Shown: positions 24,242 to 36,427, numbered from the stretch's first letter. The stretch is 64,000 nucleotides of DNA from Selaginella moellendorffii (GCF_000143415.4 NW_003314351.1:442964-506963); one strand, 5' to 3'. The notes: generated by a model not told the origin, from the letters alone. Program-made: numbers and translations.

Positions 24242-26899
24242 TTACTCACGTTGGCTGGAGTGCGAGAGCAGATTGGCCAAGAGAAGATAAGCCGCGGGGC
24301 CGCCTTGACTCTCCACCTCGGGAGCCCGCCGCGCCGCTACCAAAGCAAGATTGATTTGCTCCTGCGTCCTGCAAGCGCCGAGAAGCGTCCTCCACGCAAC
24401 TTGGCCCGGCCAAAACGGCATGCTTTCCACGAGCTCGGCCGCCTCGTCAAGCCTACCGCAGCGAGCAAAGATGTCAACCATGGAGCAGTAGTGATCTCCA
24501 GTCGCGCAAAACCCAAAGTCGCCACCAATGCAAGCAAACCAAGAGACACTCACGTCCATGAGCCCGATGTGGCTGCAGGCAGCCAGCACGGCGGAGAAGG
24601 TGATCTCATCCGGTGTCAAGCCTTCCAAGCTCATGAGTCGAAAGCACTCAAACGCCTCCCGGTGATGCCCGTTTTGGGCATATGCTGCAATAACAGTGTT
24701 CCACGACACCAAGTCCTTGCTGGGCATTTCGCAAAAGAGTCTGCTAACTTCCTCAAGGCAGCCAACGCGGGCATATGCCCCGACCATGGTAGCCCATGAC
24801 GCAGCGTCCTTGTATCTGGTACCATCGAACGTCCTCCGCGCACCTTCCAGATCCCCACTCTGGGCATATCCATGGAGCAACGAGTTCCACGCCGCGGTGT
24901 CCTCCTTGGGCATCTTTCCCAGGGCATCCGCCGCTTGGTCCATCCGCCCTCTCCGTGCAAATGCCGTCACAAGCGTCGTCCACGAAACGCTGTCCCTCGC
25001 GGCCATCTTTCCGAACACTTGCTCCAGGAGATTCGTATGATTCCCGGATCCCCCGTACGCCCCAAGCATCGCGTTCCATGATACGAGCGTGCGTTCCGGG
25101 GAGCCGTCGAAGAGCCGCTTGGCAGCGGGGAGATCCCCGTTCTGGGCGCTCCCGGCAATCATGGCCGTCCAGGTGGCAGGCGCCCGCGCGGGAATCTTTT
25201 CAAACGCACGGCGGGCGTCGTCCGGCTGGCGGGAGTGGGAATATGCGGTGATGATGATGTTCCACGGGACGACGTCGCTCTTGGGCATGGCATCAAACAG
25301 GGACTTCGCCTGGGCGAGGCATGCGTGGTCGGAGTAGGCTCCCAGCAAGATCGCCCAGGAGATCTCGTCTCTCTCGGGCATCCAGTCGAAGAGGAGCTTG
25401 GTTTGATCGAGGGCGGCGCCCGAAGTGGCGTAGCTCCTCACGATTGTGTTCCACGACACGATGTTCCGACACGGCATCAGCTCGAAGGCGGATCTTGCCT
25501 CGGCCAGCCTCTCGCCGCACCACGCGAATGCGCCAATCATCGTGTTCCACACGAAGGCATCGCGCTCGGGGATGGAATCGAACATTCGCTTGGCGTTGCC
25601 AGTCTCTCCGGCCGAAGCGTACGCCTGGCACATCGACTTGAGCGACAGTGCGTGGTGCAGTGGCATTTTGGAAAAGAAGGCCTTTGCCTGGCCGAGATGG
25701 CCGTGCTGCGCGTGTGCCGCAATCATGGCCGTCCATGTCAATGCATCCCTCAAGGGCATCTCATCAAAGAGAAGCGTCGCGTGTTCAAACTCCCCCTGCT
25801 GCGCAAAAGCGGAAAGGATCGAGTTCCACGACACAAGGTTCCGCTGAGGCATCCAATCGAACATTTCCTTTGCACGTCCGGGATCGCCATTTGCTGCAAA
25901 ACCCCACATCATGGCCGTCCACGACACCACGTCCCACTGCGGCATCCTTCGATACAGCTCCTCTGCGAGACAGATTTCCCCGTTCTGGGCAAATGCCGTC
26001 AGCATCGTCGTCCACGTCACCCCGTCTTTGTACGGCAGTGAGTGGAACAGCTGCTGCGCATCCTGGACGCTGCTGCTCTGCGAATATGCCGCCAGGAGTG
26101 CGGTGCTGGAGACTGTGTCTTGCAATGGCATCCTTTCGTAGAGTTCCTTGCCTTTCGCAAAATGCCCGGTTTGGGTATATGCAGTGATCATGGTGTTCCA
26201 CACCTGGGGATCCCTCTCAGGCATGGAGTCGAAGAGAGATTTTGATTGGGCGAGTTGCCCCTCTTCGGACGCTGCAAGGATCATACTGATCCAACAGACA
26301 TTGTCCCATCCTGGCGCGCGATCGAACACGTCTTTGGCGCCGCGGGTATGCCCCCCTTGGGCGCACGTCTTGATGACGAGGTTCCACGAGACATGGCTGC
26401 GCTGGGGAGCCGCATCGAACAGGAGCTTCACTCGCGCGACGTCTCCGGCCTGGGCGTGGAGCGAGATCCATGAATTCCAGGACACGGCATCGTGCATTGG
26501 CATCCTGTGGATCACCTCCGCTGCGTGGTGGCATTGTCCGCCCGAGGCATACGCGCGGCACAGCGAATTCCACGACACCACGTCTCGCCTGGGATTGCTG
26601 TCGAAGAGGGCGCGCGATTCGGAGATCTCTCCCGCTTGCGCGCACGCCGCGGCCAGGATATTCCACGACACTGTGTTTGGCTGCGCGATCCCATGGAACA
26701 CTGCCCTCGCCTCGCCCAAGCTCCCGCACGCGCAGTACATGAGGAGAATGTGATTCGCGATGAAAACGCTCGTTTGCCGGCTCGAGGAGAGGATCCGAGC
26801 GTGGATCTTGCGGCCCTGGATGAGATCCCTGGCCCTGGCACACGATCGGAGAAGAGAAGTGAAGGCATCCTCGTTGAGCCGACCAAGGGCAGGGGGCAT
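24242..26899 (-). CDS. Intronless PLS-class pentatricopeptide repeat protein with a long run of ~31-aa short motifs and a truncated E domain
   Basis: 885-aa ORF with repeated VSWN..I..YA..G...A..LF..MP.RD, then HYCSMVDIFARCG, WRTLLGAC and AAYLLLANL followed by a stop; no DYW. Confidence 0.93.
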   Translation of the reverse strand: MPPALGRLNEDAFTSLLRSCARARDLIQGRKIHARILSSSRQTSVFIANHILLMYCACGSLGEARAVFHGIAQPNTVSWNILAAACAQAGEISESRALFDSNPRRDVVSWNSLCRAYASGGQCHHAAEVIHRMPMHDAVSWNSWISLHAQAGDVARVKLLFDAAPQRSHVSWNLVIKTCAQGGHTRGAKDVFDRAPGWDNVCWISMILAASEEGQLAQSKSLFDSMPERDPQVWNTMITAYTQTGHFAKGKELYERMPLQDTVSSTALLAAYSQSSSVQDAQQLFHSLPYKDGVTWTTMLTAFAQNGEICLAEELYRRMPQWDVVSWTAMMWGFAANGDPGRAKEMFDWMPQRNLVSWNSILSAFAQQGEFEHATLLFDEMPLRDALTWTAMIAAHAQHGHLGQAKAFFSKMPLHHALSLKSMCQAYASAGETGNAKRMFDSIPERDAFVWNTMIGAFAWCGERLAEARSAFELMPCRNIVSWNTIVRSYATSGAALDQTKLLFDWMPERDEISWAILLGAYSDHACLAQAKSLFDAMPKSDVVPWNIIITAYSHSRQPDDARRAFEKIPARAPATWTAMIAGSAQNGDLPAAKRLFDGSPERTLVSWNAMLGAYGGSGNHTNLLEQVFGKMAARDSVSWTTLVTAFARRGRMDQAADALGKMPKEDTAAWNSLLHGYAQSGDLEGARRTFDGTRYKDAASWATMVGAYARVGCLEEVSRLFCEMPSKDLVSWNTVIAAYAQNGHHREAFECFRLMSLEGLTPDEITFSAVLAACSHIGLMDVSVSWFACIGGDFGFCATGDHYCSMVDIFARCGRLDEAAELVESMPFWPGQVAWRTLLGACRTQEQINLALVAARRAPEVESQGGPAAYLLLANLLSHSSQRE

Positions 26900-26966
26900 T
26901 CAAAATGGTCTTCACCATTTTAGGGTTCTTGGAAATTGTTACCCGTTTGGGAGAAAGAAGAAAAGA

Positions 26967-29777
26967 ATGAGCTGCAATCGCGTTCCCGGGGGCGGATGCC
27001 AGGGGCCCGATGTGCGGCTTATCGATCGCGGCAGCCATGTGAGTGATCGCTTCTCGGTGATCCTTGTTTTCTCATCTTGCACAGGTGATTCTGGACAACG
27101 GGATTGTCGAGGTGACGATCTCGAGGCCTGGGGGCATTGTGACGGGGATTCGCTTCGGCGGCATTGATAATCTGCTCGAGATTCACAACAAGGAGACGAA
27201 TCGCGGGTTTGTTTGTTTGCTTTCATTCCTTTCTCGTCTAGCGAGCAAGCATCTGATTGTTTTATTTTTCTTTCTTTGCTGCCTTGAAGCTACTGGGACC
27301 TCAACTGGAACGAGCCTGGAGGGAAGGACACTTTCGATGTGTAAGGCAAACTTTGTTTACTCGATCGTGATTGCTAACCGATCAGCCATCGCTACGATTT
27401 TTCAGTCCCAGTGGAACGATTTTCCAGGTTGTGTGTAGCGATGGTGACAAGGTGGAACTTTCGTTTCTGCGGCCTTACATTCCGGGAACTAAGATGCTTC
27501 CTCTTAACATCGACAAAAGGTGAGTGATTCTCTTTTCATTGTGTGCTAGTAGCTAGCTTTGCTGGCTTAAAACGTAGATTTGTTCTTCTCCGTGGCAACA
27601 CTGGATTTTACACTTACGGAATCTACGAGAGGCCGGCTGGATGGCCAGACTTCAACCTTAATCAAACACGGGTGACTTTTAAACTCCGCAAGGACAGGTC
27701 TGGAAAAATATCGGAGCTTTCATCCTTCTTGATACTTTGCTGGCTTGTAGGTTCCAGTTCATGGCAATGGCCGATACAAAACAGCGGCCAATGCCATCGC
27801 CGGATGATCGTTTGCAGCAACACTGCACGCAGCTAGCTTATCCTGAGGCTGTTTTGATTCACACTTCTCAAAACCCTGAGTTTCGAGGTGAGGTATGGGA
27901 TTAACACTATGTTTTTGTTGAGTATAAATTTCTGTAACATTTTTGGCCAGGTGGATGACAAATATCAATATTCTTGTGATAACAGGGAGAACAGAGTACA
28001 TGGTTGGATCTCATGCAACCCCGCTCTAGGCTTCTGGATAATCACCGCCAGTGACGAGTTCCGCAATGGAGGGCCTTTGAAACAAAATTTGACTTCACAC
28101 GTTGGCCCAACATGTCTCGCTGTAAGTTAAGAACTTTGGATATTGAAGCTCTCTAGATTTCTTTTTTTTTGTTTCCACCAGATGTTTCACAGTGCACATT
28201 ACGCTGGCGCAGCCCTGTGCCCAGAGTTTCGCAATGGGGAAGCCTGGACTAAAGTTTTTGGACCGGTTTTCATATATTTGAATGTAGCGGCAACTTATGC
28301 TCAGGTGAATTGTCGCTATCTTTGGGAGGATGCAAAGCAGCAGGTGATATGTCTATGCGGATATTTTTTGTTTCTTTTACCTCCTGTGTTTCAGATGGTT
28401 ACAGAAGTGGGGTCGTGGCCTGTTCCCTGGCCTGTGTCTCCAGATTTTCCCAAATCAATGGACCGCGGAAGCATTTCAGGAAGACTACTAGTCAAAGATA
28501 GGTACTGTTTCATTATGAGCTGCTGTCCTCGGTTCATATGTTTTTCTGTGACATTGTAGCTTCAAGTCACCAACCCCATTTGCGGGATGTTATGCCTTTC
28601 TTGGCTTAGCTTCCCCCGGTGACAAAGGTTCGTGGCAAACGGAGAGCAAGGTGAATGCTTTTTCTTTTGTGGGGGTTAATGGACGATGTACCTGACTTGT
28701 TTGTTGCTGCCAGGGCTACCAATTTTGGGCCCAGGCTGATGCGGAGGGATATTTCCACGTCAAGCATGTCAGAGCAGGCAAATATAATCTGTATGGCTGG
28801 GTGCCTGGTGTCCTGGGTGACTACAAAAAGGAAGGCAGCATAGATGTCTATCCCGGTTTGTATTCCACGCAGTGTTGCCACTTCCAAGAGTCACAAAACT
28901 CACTATGTATGCAGGGTCATGGTTGCAACTGGGACATATGGTTTATGAACCGCCCAGGGATGGACCGACAGTCTGGGAGATTGGAATTCCCGATCGAACA
29001 GCTGCCGAGTTTCACATTCCGGATCCGAACCCAAAGTATATCAATAGGCTTTTTGTCAACCATTCGGAAAGGTACGCACACTCTTGGTTTTGCTTTTTTT
29101 CGGTGGCTGGCAATCTTACTTTTCTCCTTACAAGATCTGAATACTTTATTGTAGATATCGACATTATGGCCTGTGGGAGCGGTACTCGGAGCTATACCCA
29201 GAAGGTGATCTTGTGTTCACCATTGGTAAAAGCGATTGGAGATCTGATTGGTTCTTTGCACATACTTGCCGGTACAATGTCACGACTTCCTCAATACTCA
29301 CGCTCACCTACTGATGGAAATATTTTTTTAAACCTTTTCCGCTTGCGGTGCTGCAGAATTGAAAAGGATGGTAGCGTCAAACCATCGACTTGGCAGATCC
29401 GGTTTCATCTGCCCTGCGTCCAAGGCGGGGTTTATAAGCTCCGGTTAGCTTTCGCGGCATCAAACAATGCAGCCATTCAGGTACAAAAAGGTGTTTTAAC
29501 GCTAACGCTGTGTTTCAACCGCAGGTCAGAGTTAATGACCCCAATACAAGGACCACGGTATTTGACACGATGCAATTTGGCAAGGATAATGCAATAGCAC
29601 GCCATGGAATCCATGGCCTCTACCACCTTTGGAATGTGGACGTGAGGTCGGAGTTATTCAGAGCCGGTGAAAACATTCTCTACTTGACGCAGCGCAAGCC
29701 AACAAGTCCCCATTGTGGGGGTTATGTATGACTACATCCGTCTTGAGGCACCTGGTGAGTGTAGGTACGAGAGCTAG
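26967..29777 (+). CDS. Rhamnogalacturonan lyase (PL4 family), multi-exon, with an apparent 1-nt frameshift near the 3' end
   Basis: VILDNGIVEVT, NRGYWDLNW, GEVDDKYQYS, GGPLKQNLTSHVGPT, MFHSAHYAG, YEPPRDGPTVWEIGIPDRTAAEF, KDNAIARHGIHG. The conserved GVMYDYIRLE lies in a shifted frame after 29708-29711. Confidence 0.9.
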
Positions 29778-29934
29778 AGGACAGCAGCTTTCTCGCGCGG
29801 CTTGCAATCTTGCGTTTTGTCCTTCCCTCGCGCATATTATAATTTGTGGGGGCCTCTCCCTCTGGAAGGAAGCGTCCAAAGTGGAAAAAGAGCAAGGCTC
29901 GCTTGGTTTGTAGCAGCAGCAGAGGAGGGAGGCG

Positions 29935-29936
<2 letters not shown>

Positions 29937-29969
<33 letters not shown>
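29937..29969. repeat. (CT)n microsatellite
   Basis: Seen directly. Confidence 0.9.
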
Positions 29970-29972
<3 letters not shown>

Positions 29973-32900
29973 GAGGGGCTCTCCTTTATGTCGCAATCAG
30001 GCAACAAACACAATTTGGCTCCTTGGCTCGCCGCTTCTCCTCTTTCGCCAGCTTTGCGGTACGAGAAAAAGAAAAGAAGTTAAGCTATTCTTCTTCGTCC
30101 TGGTTTTGCTCTCGATCATTCATTCCCTCTTCCAGTTCGTGCTTTTAACAAGAAAAAGGATGATCCGGGTGGAAGATTTGGAATTAAGGTGCTTGAGGTC
30201 AATCGCCACTATATAACTCCCGGTTCGTATCAGGATCTGCGACGTCATCCCAGAGCGCGTTCCTCACCGGAGCATAAAAAAGAGCGTTTGCTCCACTGAC
30301 GCTGCGGCCGTGGGATGGGAAAGATCCAACGGCCCCTGGCCCGTCTCAAAAGACGTGGGTGGCATCATGCAATGTGGATGGGGGTAAGGCCGCTCCCCTA
30401 GCCACCGGCTGCGGTCTACGTCAACAAATAGTTCCCGGGCGAATATCCATCCCTGCAACAAAGCTAGATGCCACTACGCCACTTGATGTCCCCGCCCTCC
30501 TTGAGAAACCAAAACAAACAATTCCCTCCCTTCCTAGAGTTGAGTTGAATACCATTTTGTGTGGTAATGTGTGAGAGCGATGTTTTCCAAACCAGCCAAT
30601 TTTTATACACCCAATGCTGCGGCCACATTTTTCTAAAGACTATAGAAAACGAGAGATGAGCACAATCCCTGGAGTTTTTATATGCACAAGGGGTGTCAAT
30701 CTGGAAGCAGGAATCATGTCATGCATGGCCGTCTCTTTCTGCATTGGAGGTAGAGAGGGTATAGAGTGTATAGAGCTGCTTCAGCTCTTTTTGAGGGGAA
30801 TATGCAGGCAGTTATAAACCCTTATTTTTGAATGGAGCTATCCAGTGTATATTTTGTTATGAATCAACTGCCAAGGATCTTGGTGGACAAATTCCAGACC
30901 CAGCAGCCGCAGCAGCCAGTAGCAGCAGCCAGAGCAGCAGCTGCTGCTTCTCTGTACCCACTCTCTTGGAAGATGTGTGGGAGCATTGTATGCTGTACCA
31001 AGAAATGGAAAGATGGAAATCTCCCTCCTGGTTGCTCTCTCTTGTGGATGTAGCAGCAGCAGCAGCCAAGAGCAGTGAGTGAGTGTGTGGCAGCAGAGCC
31101 AGGCTGGCCCAAAGGGCAGCCATTCTAGGGCAAAATCTAACTAGGGCCTATAATACTAAAGTGTCTTTTTTCTGTATTCAAGTAGACTTGCTGACATTTT
31201 TGTGCTGCAGAGTCACCTGACACTTTGAATGACGCAGAGGGAAGAGAAGAGCAGCAGCAGGCAGGCAGGCAGGCAGGCAGGCAGTGGTGGGCTGCTATGA
31301 TGTGGGGTGTATCATTTTCCCTCAGGATTTCCCTCTCTTGTAATGTCATAACTGACCCAGTCCCAACCAATGGAACCGCGGTTACCGTATGAGTTTGCTG
31401 GTGGTGGTGCCGGGAGTGTGGGGGACAAGGGCGTCAGACATGATGGCCGTCCGCCGCCGCAGTCGCGTGGTGGCGGTAAGCCGCAGGCGGCGCCGTCCGG
31501 GCGGGAATCTATACTGGATACAACCGCAACCCGTGGCCCGTATTCGTATGCCGTATCCCGGTTGCCCATATTTCTTTCGTCTACATTAGTGATAATGATG
31601 CATCAGATTCTCGGGGCTTTCAATCCATCTAAGAACGAAGATTCAAAACAAGTTGGCAAGCTCGATCTATAGATATTGAGATTTTATAAATATGGGTGGA
31701 GGGATCACATGGATTCCTAACTTAACAGTACAAGTGGCGAGGATTTTCGTTTATCTTCATGTCCCTTTGGTGTTGCCATCCATGGAATCCTTTTGTCCAT
31801 TCTTTATTCCCCCTTTATTCTAAACAACGAACGAGATTGTCACTTTGACAATGATAGGACAATGCCAATACATTAGCAAAAAGGACTTGAAAATAAGCTC
31901 CCTCCCCCGCCTCCCACTATCACCGCAACACTGAGCAAAGAAAGAGTTGAAAAAGCTGTGATTGCTTTTTGGGAGCCAGGGAAGATGAATCAAAATCTTG
32001 GAGCTGGCTTAGTTGCGGTCCTAAAACACACTCGCCCTCCAGTTCGTTCTTTGTGATGAAATCTCCGGTGACGTCGATGTTGCGTGCATCATTTTGTTTG
32101 TCCGCTTGCTCTCCAGGGGTCCACAAATTTGTGTGAGTGGTTTCGGGGTCTCACTCACTCACCCCTGATTGATCCTAGTGCCAAAGCTTGGAGAGGAATC
32201 CCACTTATAACAAAAATGTTTGGTGATCATGGCTAACTCTCTCTGCCACAAGATGCCCCAAACACTTTGTTGCAATGTACTTGTCAACTTTGTTTCCCTC
32301 ATCTTTAAAAGGTCTTTTGTTTAATCTTTCCTGCTTGGCAATCCTCATCTTGCTTTGCTCCGCATCTCATCCATACAATACAGGGCACATACATACATAG
32401 AAACATGGCGGTACACAAAAACAAAGCTTGAAATTCCCAGGCCAAGGGAATGAGTGCTTGCCTTGTTGCCTCGCAGCAGCATCACTACTAGATTTACTGG
32501 GCGAGTTAAAAACAAGGAAATTGTCCAGGAGGGGAAGGAATACGTATCTGCACACGTGTACGTAGATATACCCGTAAAAAGCATCCCCTTGGGCTCGCTT
32601 TCACACCGCGCTGCTGTTTGGCAGCGACCTGTCCTTAAAGCCCCCTCTACCTAGGTCGTGTATCCAAGATTTACACTACACTGCTACACTACATTGTTTC
32701 TTTCTCGCCTATCTATCTATCTATTTGCTCCGAGGGATTCTCCTCTCTCCATTTTAGGTATCGCGCGCTCGATCCACATCCATCGCCCAAGAGCTCCCGA
32801 AATCTCAGCTCGCGACGCTGCGCCAGGTCTCCAGGCTCCATGAGAGAGCTGGAATCGTCCTTCTTTCCCTTGGCCGGAGAGGCGCGCGCGGGGGGCCGAA

Positions 32901-33387
32901 ATATGTCTTAGCTACAGGACGCGCTCTTGGTCTCGATCGGTGGCTCTAAGGCGGCGCTGTGCGTGTGTGTGCTCTCCATCCCTTCCTCCGCCTTGCTTGC
33001 GAGCCTAGGATGAGGAAGCAGCAGCAGCAGCAGCAGCAGCAGCGGTGTGGGAGTCACGGCGGCCGCGTGCGAGTAGTCGACGAAGTTCGTGTGCCCAGGG
33101 AGACGGAGAGGGACTACCACTGCCTGCGAGCGATCATCATAATCTGAAAGGGGGGGATTCCAGGGAAACGAGGGCGTCGCATTCGCCGGGCTTCGTTTGC
33201 TTTTCACTGTTTGCGGAAGCTGGGGGAGTGAGCCTGGTCCTGAGCTGACAGAGGAGAAGCAAGCAAGGCACGCAGCGAGGAGGAAGAACAAAGGGGGCTA
33301 GGCTCGCATTTTTGGCATTTTTGGTTTTGCGGCTCATCTCAAGATCATTGTGGAAGATCGTCCCGGATCATCGCGGGCATTGCTATC

Positions 33388-36300
33388 ATGTCGGCGGAGG
33401 GTCTGGGCCAGGCTCTCCGGAGTCTTTGCAACAGGACGGGCTGGTGCTACGCTGTGTTTTGGAAGCTAAAGCGACGCAGCCGTATGTGAGTAAATCATCC
33501 TTTCGCTTCGCTTGTGCTCTAAAGAGGGAGAGAGAGAGAGAGAGCTCTCTTGCTTGATCTCCTGCTAACTGGAGGTGGCACTGCACTGCCTCTCTTGGGT
33601 TTTTTTAGCTACTGTTGACTTAGCTTGTCTCTTATGCGTTTTTTCTCGCTGTGTTTTTATTGCAGGGTGCTGACATGGGAGGACAGCTACTACGAATTCG
33701 CGACGCTGCCACCAATCGCCAATGCTTTGAGCCGCAGCGGCGCTGGGAATGGGAGAAGCCCTCTGGACATGCTGCTGCTCAAGCAAGATGGTGGCATTGC
33801 CGAAGATCAGATACAGTTGGCTGTCGCTAAAATGTCCTTCCAGGTTTACTCCCTGGGAGAAGGGTACGCAACCCGGTTGTCGGTGTCGTGGCTAACCCAA
33901 CTTTCCTCTCGGGCAGAATAATTGGGCGTGTAGCTTTCTCCGGAAAGCACCAGTGGGTGTTTGCAGCTGGGGAAAGATCTATGGAAAGCGGAGTACCAGC
34001 GGCATTGGAGCACGGCTGGTCGAATCAGTTTGAAGCGGGAATAAAGGTATAGTAGCTTTCATTCGAGGGAGTCCTTAACTCTTTGGTGTGCAGACGATTG
34101 CTGTGATAGCAGTCCAGCAGCAAGGTGTTGTGCAACTTGGATCGACTCAAACGGTGTGTAGCTTCTCCCAGCTCTTACTCAAGTAACTGTGTGTGTGCCC
34201 TTGCAGATGGCCGAGGATCTGAACTTGGTAGGCCAGATCAGAGCATTGTTCGGAGCATTACAAAGCATGCCTGGGGCATTCGTTCCTGAGTTCACTCCCG
34301 ATGGACAAGCTGGAAGAGGCCTTTCTGTTGTCCCGAAAGCCATGCCAACGTACGTCAACAAGCCCGCTTCTACGTTGGCAGCATTTGGCTCTTCTGCAAG
34401 AACAACCATGAGCAGCCGACCAGCGTGCCCCGTTTCTACGGAGGGAGAACACATGTTGCGTTCAGCGGCCAAAGTTGTTGAGCCTGCCTTCCAACTTTCT
34501 ACGAGCAGCTGGGCTTCAATGGTAGTTCCATCCATGGGGCAGAAGCCACAGGATATACGCCCCGCCTCTACGGGTCTCTACTCTTCCAGATCTCAGGTCT
34601 TCCAGGAAGATCCAGGCCATTTAAGCCGCTTGATCAGCAAAGCTCCTGTGGAGAGTTTCTTTAATTCATCGGAGACAGGGCGGCTATCTAATTTCTCCAG
34701 CGAGCTTTCCTACGGACAAAGCATCAGGCACTTCGACTCCAGCGGATGGCCTCCGCCGGACTCCACCTTGCCAGTGTCAACAAGAGATTATGATCAGAAC
34801 CTGCCGCTGCCAACTTCCTTCGGAGACGAGACAGGGATGATGCGGCCGGGACCAGAAGAAGGATTTGACTACAACAGTTTGTTTAAGGCGTTTCAGAAGG
34901 ACGACTTGGATGATTTCAACAACTTGTTAGCGTCTCTGAATAAGGAGTATGCGGGAGGCCAAGCCAGCGGTTCGACAACCTGTTCACAGTTCGCTTTTGG
35001 GGATGAATTATCCGAGGTGGTGGTTTCTCATTCAAAGTGCGGGCCAAGTAAGGAGGAACTGTACGTGAACATGCCAACACAACCGGTTGAAGACATGAAA
35101 CCTGCGAAGCTTGCTCTACCCTTTGATGGCGCCACCGCTGCAATGGACAAAACCCGCGATGCATTTGTCAATCTGTCGGCGGACAGGCCAGAGCAGCTGT
35201 TGGATGCTGTTGTTGCCGGTGCGAGTACGTCGTCACTGGGTTCCAGGGGACCGACGTCTGCCAAGAGTTCGTTAGGATGCGCTCCCGCGCTAACTGTTGG
35301 GAACGCGGTGCAATATCTGGAGAAGCAGCTATCGAGCTCTTCGAGTTTGGACAGAGATATAGCTGCCAACTGGCCTGCAAGCAGTGTGTCCGTGGATGTT
35401 TCTTCAAGCTCTTGGACCGAAGGGAGCCAGGCTAAGAAGTCGGAGGAACACTCGTACAAGGATACTAGCGGAGCGGCAGCCAGAAAGCAGGAGGAGCCTA
35501 GTCGGATGGCTGGGAGGAAGAGGCTGAGGCCAGGGGAAGCTCCAAGGCCCAGGCCCAAAGACAGGCAGCAAATACAGGACAGAGTTAGGGAGCTTCGCGA
35601 TATTGTTCCCAATGCAACAAAGGTAAGCGTCGTCCTTCATGCAGTAAAATGGATGTTCACCTTCTACTTGTTTTGTGTGTAGCAGTGTAGCATTGATGCG
35701 CTGCTAGAGAAAACAATCCGGCATATGAAGTTTCTCCAAAGTGTGACGCAGCACGGTGACAAGTGGAAAGCTGGAGGCGACGTAAAGGTGAACGAAGGCC
35801 GTGTCTTTGCATCGAATATCGTCTAATTTGGACAACTTAACAGGGAGAGAGGAGTGCAGAGAACAGCAGTGGCTTGGAGAACGGTGCAAGCTGGGCTATG
35901 GAGCTTGATGCGAAAGGAAGTGGCGTTCCGATTCTTGTGGAGAATCTCAAGCAGCCACGGCAAATGCTTGTTGAGGTTGGTGAATCAGTACTTAATATAT
36001 TGTCGTCGGCTGATTTCTCGTGCTCTCTCAGATGTTGTGCGAGGAGAGAGGCTTATTCTGGGAGATTGCTGACAACATCCGGGGTCTTGGGCTTACAATC
36101 CTGAAGGGTGTGATGGAGTCGCGGAACGATAAGATTTGGGCTCGTTTCAACGTTGAGGTAGAAGAAGCGATTCTTTTTCTTCTTTTCCTTGCGTTTGGTG
36201 TGTAGCTAAAACTCGACATACAGGTTCACGCTGCGAAAGAAGTAAACCGGCTCAAGGTGGTTTGGAATCTCACGCAGCTGCTTAGACCCAGCGGCAAGAA

Positions 36301-36427
36301 CACGAGCGCGCCAAGCTTTGTGGGATCGGAGATGTCGGACGTTTGCTCCGAGTCATTTGGAAGCCGATTCCAGCCTCAAGTTGTTGCTTCGCACGGCATT
36401 ACCGTGTCCCCTGGTAGCGCCTGGTGA
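33388..36427 (+). CDS. LHW: LONESOME HIGHWAY-like bHLH transcription factor, multi-exon
   Basis: N-terminal bHLH-MYC_N-like ALRSLC...WCYAVFWK, YSLGEGIIGRVAFSGKHQW, QFEAGIKTIAVI; family signature RLRPGEAPRPRPKDRQQIQDRVRELRDIVPN..KCSIDALLEKTIRHM.FLQ; C-terminal MLCEERGLFWEIADNIRGLGLTILKGVME. Confidence 0.93.

Noticed and set aside
30560-31340. Possible miRNA precursor, lncRNA or small ORFs in the gene-free interval upstream of LHW
   Set aside because: Only an imperfect GU-rich hairpin (~30741-30835) and CAG-derived ORFs; no known mature miRNA recognised. Needs folding and small-RNA data.
33581-33600. tgcactgcctct matching the 5' end of miR408
   Set aside because: The match stops after 12 nt and no complementary arm is evident.
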